Assembly: GCA_951406725.2 (NCBI GenBank)
Contig: OX597828.1
Span: 30,132,001 to 30,196,000 of the forward strand
Reading direction: 5' to 3'
From: Octopus vulgaris
Taxonomy: Eukaryota
DNA length: 64,000 nucleotides
Position numbers and translations under genes: made by a program. Below are positions 52,984 to 64,000 of the stretch, piece by piece. Below the pieces are notes generated by a model. That model was not told where the DNA came from, did no database searches, and was given only the letters and a program-made list of their open reading frames with translations. Position 1 is the stretch's first letter. Each line of letters begins with the position of its first letter.

Positions 52984-55130
52984 ATAGAATCTATAAATAG
53001 ATTCTATAAATAGAATCTATAAATAGAATCTATAAAGAGAATCTATAAATAGAATCTATAAATAGAATCTATAAATAAATAAATAAATAAATAAATAAAT
53101 AGAATCTATAAATAGAATCTTTAAATAGAATCTATAAATAGAATCTATAAATAGAATCTATAAATAGAATCTATATTTAGTAGCTATTAAATAGAAGCTA
53201 TAAATAGAATCTATAAATAGAATCTATAAATAGTATCTATAAATAGAATCTAAAAATAGAATCTATAAATAGAATCTATAAATAAATAAATAAATAAATA
53301 AATAGAATCTATAAATAGAATCTATAAATAGTATCTATAAATAGAATCTATAAATAGAATCTATAAATAAATAAATAAATAAATAAATAAATAGAATCTA
53401 TAAATAGAATCTATAAATAGAAATATAAATAAATAAATAAATAAATAAATAAATAGAATCTATAAATAGAATCTATAAATAGAATCTATAAATAGAATCT
53501 ATAAATAGAATCTATAAATAGTATCTATAAATAGAATCTAAAAATAGAATCTATAAACAGAATCTATAAATAAATAAAAAATAAATAAAAAAAATAAATA
53601 AATAGAATCTATAAATAGAATCTATAAATAGAATCTATAAATAGAATCTATAAATAGAACAAATAAACTAAAAATAGGACAAATAAACTAAAAATAGGAC
53701 AAATAAACTAATGATAGGACAGTTAAACTAAAAATAGTACAAATAAACTAAAAATGGAACAGCAACTAAAATAGGACAAATAAACTAAAAATAGAACAAA
53801 TAAACTAAGAATAGAACGGCAACTAAAAATAGAACAAATAAACTAAAAATTGAACAAATAAAATAAAAATAGAACAAATAAACTAAAAATAGAACAAATA
53901 AACTAAAAATAGAACAACTAAATTAAAAATAGAACAAATAAATTAAAAATAGAACAGCATCTAAAAATAGGACAAATAAACTAAAAATAGAACAGCAACT
54001 AAAAATAGGACAAATAAACTAAAAATAGGACAAGTAAACTGAAAATAGAAAAAATAAACTAAAAATAGGACAAATAAACTAAAAATAGAACAAAAGAACT
54101 AAAAATAGAACAGCAACTAAAAATAGGACAAATAAACTAAAAATAGAACAAATAAACTAAAAATAGAACAAATAAACTAAAAATAGAACAACTAAATTAA
54201 AAATAGAACAGCATCTAAAAATAGGACAAATAAACTAAAAATAGAACAGCAACTAAAAATAGGACAAATAAACTAAAAATAGAACAAGTAAACTGAAAAT
54301 AGAAAAAATAAACTAAAAATAGGACAAATAAACTAAAAATAGAACAAAAGAACTAAAAATAGAACAGCAACTAAAAATAGGACAAATAAACTAAAAATAG
54401 AACAAATAAAATAAAAATAGAACAGCAACTAAAAATACAACAAATAAACTAAAAATAGAACAAATAAACTAAAAATAGAACAGCAACTAAAAATAGTCAT
54501 ATTCTATATAAATAAATAGAATCTATATATAGAATCTATAAATAGAATCTATAAATGGATTCTATAAACAGTATCTATAAATAGAATCTATAAATAGAAT
54601 CTATAAATAAATAAATAAATAAATAAATAAATAGAATCTATAAATAGAATCTATAAACAGAATCTATAAATAAAATAAATAAATAAATAAATATATAGAA
54701 TCTATAAATAGAATCAATAAATAGAATCTATAAATTGAATCTTTAAATAGAATCTATAAATAGAATCTATAAATAGAATCTATAAATAGAATCTATAATT
54801 AGTAGCAATAAAATAGAAGCTATAAATAGAAGCTATGAATAAATAAAAAAATAAATAAATAATATCTATGAATAGAATCTATAAATAGAATCTATAAATA
54901 GAATCTATTAATAGAATCTATAAATATAATCTATAAATAGAATCTATAAATAGTATCTATAAATAGAATCTATAAATAGAATCTATAAATAAGTAAATAA
55001 ATGAATAAATAAATAAATAGAATCTATAAATAGAATCTTTAAATAGAATCTATAAATAGAATCTATAAATAGAATCTATAAATAGTATCTATAAATAGAA
55101 TCTAAAAATAGAATCTATAAATAGAATCTA

Positions 55131-55161
<31 letters not shown>

Positions 55162-55223
55162 ATAGAATCTATAAATAGAATCTATAAATAGAATCTATAA
55201 ATAGAATCTATAAATAGAATCTA

Positions 55224-55254
<31 letters not shown>

Positions 55255-58200
55255 ATAGAATCTATAAATAGAATCTATAAATAGTATCTATAAATAGAAA
55301 CTATAAATAGAATCTATAAATAAATAAATAAATAAATAAATAAATAGAATCTATAAATAGAATCTATAAATAGAATCTATAAATAGAATCTATAAATAGA
55401 ATCTATAAATAGAATCTATAAATAGTATCCATAAATAGAATCTAAAAATAGAATCTATAAATAGAATCTATAAATAAATAAAAAATAAATAAAAAAATAA
55501 ATAAATAGAATCTATAAATAGAATCTATAAATAGAATCTATAAATAGAACAAATAAATTAAAAATAGGACAAATAAACTAAAAATAGGACAAATGAACTA
55601 AAAATAGGAGAGATAAACTAAAAATAGGACAAATAAACTAAAAAATAGAACAGCAACTAAAATAGGACAAATAAACTAAAAATAGAACAAATAAACTAAA
55701 AATAGAACAAATAAACTAAAAATAGAACAAATAAACTAAGAATAGAACGGCAACTAAAAATAGGACAAATAAACTAAAAATAGAACAAATAAACTAAAAA
55801 TTGAACAAATAAACTAAAAATAGGACAAATAAACTAAAAATAGAACAACTAAATTAAAAATAGAACAAATAAATTAAAAATAGAACAGCATCTAAAAATA
55901 GGACAAATAAACTAAAAATAGAACAGCAACTAAAAATAGGACAAATAAACTAAAAATAGGACAAGTAAACTGAAAATAGAAAAAATAAACTAAAAATAGG
56001 ACAAATAAACTAAAAATAGAACAAAAGAACTAAAAATAGAACAGCAACTAAAAATAGGACAAATAAACTAAAAATAGAACAAATAAACTAAAAATAGAAC
56101 AAATAAACTAAAAATAGAACAACTAAATTAAAAATAGAACAGCATCTAAAAATAGGACAAATAAACTAAAAATAGAACAGCAACTAAAAATAGGACAAAT
56201 AAACTAAAAATAGGACAAGTAAACTGAAAATAGAAAAAATAAACTAAAAATAGGACAAATAAACTAAAAATAGAACAAAAGAACTAAAAATAGAACAGCA
56301 ACTAAAAATAGGACAAATAAACTAAAAATAGAACAAATAAACTAAAAATAGAACAAATAAACTAAAAATAGAACAACTAAATTAAAAATAGAACAGCATC
56401 TAAAAATAGGACAAATAAACTAAAAATAGAACAGCAACTAAAAATAGGACAAATAAACTAAAAATAGAACAAGTAAACTGAAAATAGAAAAAATAAACTA
56501 AAAATAGGACAAATAAACTAAAAATAGAACAAAAGAACTAAAAATAGAACAGCAACTAAAAATAGGACAAATAAACTAAAAATAGAACAAATAAAATAAA
56601 AATAGAACAGCAACTAAAAATACAACAAATAAACTAAAAATAGAACAAATAAACTAAAAATAGAACAGCAACTAAAAATAGTCATATTCTATATAAATAA
56701 ATAGAATCTATATATAGAATCTATAAATAGAATCTATAAATGGATTCTATAAACAGTATCTATAAATAGAATCTATAAATAGAATCTATAAATAAATAAA
56801 TAAATAAATAAATAAATAGAATCTATAAATAGAATCTATAAACAGAATCTATAAATAAAATAAATAAATAAATAAATATATAGAATCTATAAATAGAATC
56901 AATAAATAGAATCTATAAATTGAATCTTTAAATAGAATCTATAAATAGAATCTATAAATAGAATCTATAAATAGAATCTATAATTAGTAGCAATAAAATA
57001 GAAGCTATAAATAGAAGCTATGAATAAATAAAAAAATAAATAAATAATATCTATGAATAGAATCTATAAATAGAATCTATAAATAGAATCTATTAATAGA
57101 ATCTATAAATATAATCTATAAATAGAATCTATAAATAGTATCTATAAATAGAATCTATAAATAGAATCTATAAATAAGTAAATAAATGAATAAATAAATA
57201 AATAGAATCTATAAATAGAATCTTTAAATAGAATCTATAAATAGAATCTATAAATAGAATCTATAAATAGTATCTATAAATATTATCTATAAATAGAATC
57301 TATAAATAAATAAATAAATAAATAAATAAATAGAATCTATAAATAGAATCTATAAATAGAATCTATAAATAGAATCTATAAATAGAATCTATAAATAGAA
57401 TCTATAAATAGTATCCATAAATAGAATCTAAAAATAGAATCTATAAATAGAATCTATAAATAAATAAAAAATAAATAAAAAAATAAATAAATAGAATCTA
57501 TAAATAGAATCTATAAATAGAATCTATAAATAGAACAAATAAATTAAAAATAGGACAAATAAACTAAAAATAGGACAAATGAACTAAAAATAGGAGAGAT
57601 AAACTAAAAATAGGACAAATAAACTAAAAATAGAACAGCAACTAAAATAGGACAAATAAACTAAAAATAGAACAAATAAACTAAAAATAGAACAAATAAA
57701 CTAAAAATAGAACAAATAAACTAAGAATAGAACGGCAACTAAAAATAGGACAAATAAACTAAAAATACAACAAATAAACTAAAAATTGAACAAATAAACT
57801 AAAAATAGGACAAATAAACTAAAAATAGAACAGATAAACTAAAAATAGGACAAATAAACTAAAAATAGAACAGCAACTAAAATAGGACAAATAAACTAAA
57901 AATAGAACAAATAAACTAAAAATAGAACAACTAAATTAAAAATAGAACAGCATCTAAAAATAGGACAAATAAACTAAAAATAGAACAGCAACTAAAAATA
58001 GGACAATTAAACTAAAAATAGAACAAGTAAACTGAAAATAGAAAAAATAAACTAAAAATAGGACAAATAAACTAAAAATAGAACAAATGAACTAAAAATA
58101 GAACAGCAACTAAAAATAGGACAAATAAACTAAAAATAGAACAAAAAATAAAAATAGAACAGCAACTGAAAATACAACAAAAAAACTAAAAATAGAACAA

Positions 58201-60470
58201 ATAAACTAAAAATAGAACAGCAACTAAAAATAGAACAGCAACTAAAGATAGTTAAATTCTATATAAATAAATAGAATCTATATATAGAATCTATAAATAG
58301 AATCTATAAATGGAATCTATAAATAGTATCTATAAATAGAATCTATAAATAGAATCTATAAATAGAATCTATAAATAAATAAATAAATAAATAAATAGAA
58401 TCTATAAATAGAATCTATAAATAGAATCTATAAATAGAATCTATAAGAAGAATCTATAAATAGAATCTCTAAATAGTATCTATAAATAGAATCTAAAAAT
58501 AGAATCTATAAATAGAATCTATACATAAATAAAAAATAAATAAAAAAATAAATAAATAGAATCTATTAATAGAATCTATAAATAGAATCTATAAATAGAA
58601 TCTATAAATAGTATCCATAAATAGAATCTAAAAATAGAATCTATAAATAGAATCTATAAATAAATAAAAAATAAATAAAACAATAAATAAATAGAATCTA
58701 TAAATAGAATCTATAAATAGAATCTATAAATAGAACAAATAAACCAAAAATAGGACAAATAAACTAAAAATAGGACAAATAAACTAAAATAGGACAGATA
58801 AACTAAATATAGGACAAATAAACTAAGAATAGAACATCAACTAAAATAGGACAAATAAACTAAAAATAGAACAAATAAACTAAAAATAGAACAAATAAAC
58901 TAAAAATAGAACAAATAAACTAAAAATAGAACAAATAAACTAAGAATAGAACGGCAACTAAAAATAGGACAAATAAACTAAAAATACAACAAATAAACTA
59001 AAAATTGAACAAATAAACTAAAAATAGGACAAATAAACTAAAAAGAGAACAAATAAACTAAAAATAGAACAACTAAATTAAAAATAGAACAGCATCTAAA
59101 AATAGGACAAATAAACTAAAAATAGAACAGCAACTAAAAATAGGACAAATAAACTAAAAATAGAACAAGTAAACTGAAAATAGAAAAAAATAAACTAAAA
59201 ATAGGACAAATAAACTAAAAATAGAACAAATGAACTAAAAATAGAACAGCAACTAAAAATAGGACAAATAAACTAAAAATAGAACAAATAAAATAAAAAT
59301 AGAACAGCAACTAAAAATACAATAAATAAACTAAAAATAGAACAAATAAACTAAAAATAGAACAGCAACTAAAAATAGTTATATTCTATATAAATAAATA
59401 GAATCTATAAATGGAATCTATAAATAGTATCTATAAATAGAATCTATAAATAGAATCTATAAATAGAATCTATAAATATATAAATAAATGAATAAATAGA
59501 ATCTATAAATAGAATCTATAAATAGAATCTATAAATAAAATAAATAAATAAATAAATATATAGAATCTATAAATAGAATCAATAAATAGAATCTATAAAT
59601 TGAATCTCTAAATAGAATCTATAAATAGAATCTATACTCTTTCTCTCTTTTACTCTTTTACTTGTTTCAGTCATTTGACTGTGGCCATGCTGGAGCACCA
59701 CCTTTAGTCGAGCAAATCGACCCCAGGACTTATTCTTTGTAAGCCCAGTACTTATTCTATCGGTCTCTTTTGCCAAACCGCTAAGTGACGGGGACATAAA
59801 CACACCAGCATCGGTTGTCAAGCAATGCTAGGGGGACAAACACAGACACACAAACATATACACACACACTTATATATATATACATATATACGACAGGCTT
59901 CTTTCAGTTTCCGTCTACCAAATCCACTCAAAAGGCATTAGTCGGCCCGGGGCTATAGCAGAAGACACTTGCCCAAGATGCCACGCAGTGAGACTGAACC
60001 CGGAACCATGCGGTTGGTTAGCAAGCTACTTACCACACAGCCACTCCTGCGCCTATAAATAGAATCTATAAATAGAAGCTATAAATAGAATCTATAAATA
60101 GAATCTATAATTAGTAGCAATAAAATAGAAGCTATAAATAGAAGCTATAAATAGAAGCTATGAATAAATAAAAAAATAAATAAATAATATCTATGAATAG
60201 AATCTATAAATAGAATCTATAAATAGAATCTATTAATAGAATCTATAAATATAATCTATAAATAGAATCTATAAATAGTATCTATAAATAGAATCTATAA
60301 ATAGAATCTATAAATAAATAATTAAATAAATAAATAAATAAATAAATAGAATCTATAAATAGAATCTATAAATAGAATCTATAAATAGAATCTATAAATA
60401 AATAAATAAATAAATAAATAAATAGAATCTATAAATAGTATCTATAAATAGAATCTATGAATAGAATCTA

Positions 60471-60501
<31 letters not shown>

Positions 60502-60836
60502 ATAGAAGCTATAAATAGAATCTTTAAATAGAATCTATAAATAGAATCTATAAATAGAATCAATAAATAGAATCTATAATTAGTAGCTATTAAATAGAAG
60601 CTATAAATAGAATCTAAAATAGAATCTATAAATAGAATCTATAAATAGAATCTATGAATAGAATCTATACATAGAATCTATAAATAAATAAATAAATAAA
60701 TAAATAAATAGAATCTATAAATAGAATTTAAAAATAGAATCTATAAATAGAATCTATAAATAAATAAACAAATAAATAAATAAATAAATAGAATATATAA
60801 ATAGAATCTATAAATAGAATCTATAAATAGAATCTA

Positions 60837-60867
<31 letters not shown>

Positions 60868-63800
60868 ATAGAATCTATAAATAGAATCTTTAAATAGAAT
60901 CTATAAATAGAATCTATAAATAGAATCTATAAATAGTATCTATAAATAGAATCTAAAAATAGAATCTATAAATAGAATCTATAAATAAATAAATAAATAA
61001 ATAAATAAATAGAATCTATAAATAGAATCTATAAATAGAATCTATAAATAGAATCTATAAATAAATAAATAAATAAATAAATAAATAGAATCTATAAATA
61101 GAATCTTTAAATAGAATCTATAAATAGAATCTATAAATAGAATCTATAAATAGAATCTATAAATAGAATCTATATTTAGTAGCTATTAAATAGAAGCTAT
61201 AAATAGAATCTATAAATAGAATCTATAAATAGTATCTATAAATAGAATCTAAAAATAGAATCTATAAATAGAATCTATAAATAAATAAATAAATAAATAA
61301 ATAAATAGAATCTATAAATATAATCTATAAATAGTATCTATAAATAGAATCTATAAATAGAATCTATAAATAAATAAATAAATAAATAAATAGAATCTAT
61401 AAATAGAATCTATAAATAGAATCCATAAATAAATAAATAAATAAATAAATAGAATCTATAAATAGAATCTATAAATAGAATCTATAAATAGAATCTATAA
61501 ATAGAATCTATAAATAGAATCTATAAATAGTATCTATAAATAGAATCTAAAAATAGAATCTATAAATAGAATCTATAAATAAATAAAAAATAAAAAAAAA
61601 AAATAAATAAATAGAATCTATAAATAGAATCTATAAATAGAATCTTTAAATAGAACAAATAAACTAAAAATAGGACAAATAAACTAAAAATAGGACAGTT
61701 AAACTAAAAGTAGTACAAATAAACTAAAAATGGAACAGCAACTAAAATAGGACAAATAAACTAAAAATAGAACAAATAAACTAAAATAGAACAAATAAAC
61801 TAAAAATAGAACAAATAAACTAAGAATAGAACGGCAACTAAAAATAGGACAAATAAACTAAAAATAGAACAAATAAACTAAAAATTGAACAAATAAACTA
61901 AAAATAGAACAAATAAACTAGGAATAGAACGGCAACTAAAAATAGGACAAATAAACTAAAAATAGAACAAATAAACTAAAAATAGAACAAATAAACTAAA
62001 AATAGAACAAATAAACTAAAAATAGAACAACTAAATTAAAAATAGAACAGCATCTAAAAATAGGACAAATAAACTAAAAATAGAACAGCAACTAAAAATA
62101 GGACAAAGAAACTAAAAATAGAACAAGTAAACTGAAAATAGAAAAAATAAACTAAAAATAGGACAAATAAACTAAAAATAGAACAAATGAACTAAAAATA
62201 GAACAGCAATAAAAATAGGACAAATAAACTAAAAATAGAACAAATAAAATGAAAATAGAACAGCAACTAAAAATAGGACAAATAAATAAAAAATAGAACA
62301 GCAACAAAAAATAGTTATATTCTATATAAATAAATAGAATCTATATATAGAATCTATAAATAGAATCTATAAATGGAATCTATAAATGGAATCTATAAAT
62401 AGTATCTATAAATAGAATCTATAAATAGAATCTATAAATAGAATCTATAAATAAATAAATAAATAAATAAATAGAATCTATAAATAGAATCTATAAATAG
62501 AATCTATAAATAGAATCTATAAATAGAATCTATAAATAGAATCTATAAATAGAGTCTATAAATAGAATCTATAAATAGTATCTATAAATAGAATCTAAAA
62601 ATAGAATCTATAAATAGAATCTATACATAAATAAAAAATAAAAAAATAAATATAAATAGAATCTATAAATAGAATCTATAAATAGAACAAATAAACTAAA
62701 AATAGGACAAATAAACTAAAAATAGGAGAAATAAACTAAAAATAGGACAGATAAACTAAAAATAGGACAAATAAACTAAAAATAGAACAGCAACTAAAAT
62801 AGGACAAATAAACTAAAAATAGAACAAATAAACTAAAAATAGAACAAATAAACTAAAAATAGAACAAATAAACTAAGAATAGAACGGCAACTGAAAATAG
62901 GACAAATAAACTAAAAATAGAAGAAATAAACTAAAAATTGAACAAATAAACTAAAAATAGGACAAATAAACTAAAAATAGAATACATAAACTAAAAATAG
63001 GACAAATAAACTAAAAATAGAACAGCAACTAAAATAGGACAAATAAACTAAAAATAGAACAAATAAACTAAAAATAGAACAACTAAATTAAAAATAGAAC
63101 AGCATCTAAAATTAGGACAAATAAACTAAATATAGAACAGCAACTAAAAATAGGACAAATAAACTAAAAATAGAACAAGTAAACTGAAAATAGAAAAAAT
63201 AAACTAAAAATAGGACAAATAAACCAAAAATAGAACAAATGAACTAAAAATAGAAGAGCAACTAAAAATAGGACAAATAAACTAAAAATAGAACAAATAA
63301 AATGAAAATAGAACAGCAACTAAAAATACAACAAATAAACTAAAAATAGAACAGCAACTAAAAATAGGACAAATAAACTAAAAATAGAACAGCAACTAAA
63401 AATAGTTATATTCTATATAAATAAATAGAATCTATATATAGAATCTATAAATAGAATCTATAAATGGAATCTATAAATAGTATCTATAAATAGAATCTAT
63501 AAATAGAATCTATAAATAGAATCTATAAATAAATAAATAAATAAATAAATAGAATCTATAAATAGAATCTATAAATAGAATCTATAAATAAAATAAATAA
63601 ATAAATAAATATATAGAATCTATAAATAGAATCAATAAATAGAATCTATAAATTGAATCTCTAAATAGAATCTATAAATAGAATCTATAAATAGAATCTA
63701 TAAATAGAAGCTATAAATAGAATCTATAAATAGAATCTATAATTAGTAGCAATAAAATAGAAGCTATAAATAGAAGCTATAAATAGAAGCTATAAATAGA

Positions 63801-63968
63801 AGCTATGAATAAATAAAAAAATAAATAAATAATATCTATGAATAGAATCTATAAATAGAATCTATAAATAGAATCTATTAATAGAATCTATAAATATAAT
63901 CTTTAAATAGAATCTATAAATAGTATCTATAAATAGAATCTATAAATAGAATCTATAAATAGAATCTA

Positions 63969-63999
<31 letters not shown>

Positions 64000-64000
64000 A
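42450..64000. repeat. Composite satellite array: AACTAAAAATAGAACAGC (18), AACTAAAAATAG(A/G)ACAAATA (20), AAATAGAATCTAT (13), AAAT (4), with higher-order repeats; runs off the window end
   Basis: Direct reading; alternating 18/20-mer and 13/4-mer blocks with recurring junction motifs. Confidence 0.98.
59637..60053 (-). mobile_element. Full-length SINE family B inserted in the satellite
   Basis: Complete head-to-tail match to 19303-19722; flanked by tata on both sides. Confidence 0.95.

Noticed and set aside
42450-64000. CRISPR-like or telomeric array
   Set aside because: No unique spacers, no cas genes and no TTAGGG-type repeats; eukaryotic satellite

Overview
Repeat-dominated, AT-rich eukaryotic DNA with no intact protein-coding gene that I can support. 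The SINE and microsatellite landscape suggests an octopus/cephalopod genome (inference). Positions 1-42.4 kb are a mosaic of (TA)n/(CA)n/(TATG)n microsatellites, several tRNA-headed SINE families, decayed LINEs (RTE-like, R4/Dong-like), decayed DNA transposons (Tc1, mariner/maT-like, Merlin), a U2 snRNA pseudogene and local duplications. Positions 42,450-64,000 are a strand-asymmetric composite satellite (18/20/13/4-bp monomers with higher-order structure) holding one SINE insertion. The main unexplained signal is a set of type I hammerhead-ribozyme (HHR) folds, read by eye, in several non-coding repeat families. They include a very young 588-bp tandem-plus-inverted concatemer with one HHR per unit and a tRNA-headed SINE with an HHR-like tail. 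Most abut (TA)n tracts and occur as divergent pairs, resembling Penelope-like element/retrozyme biology. Almost all ORFs in the supplied track are microsatellite or SINE artefacts.
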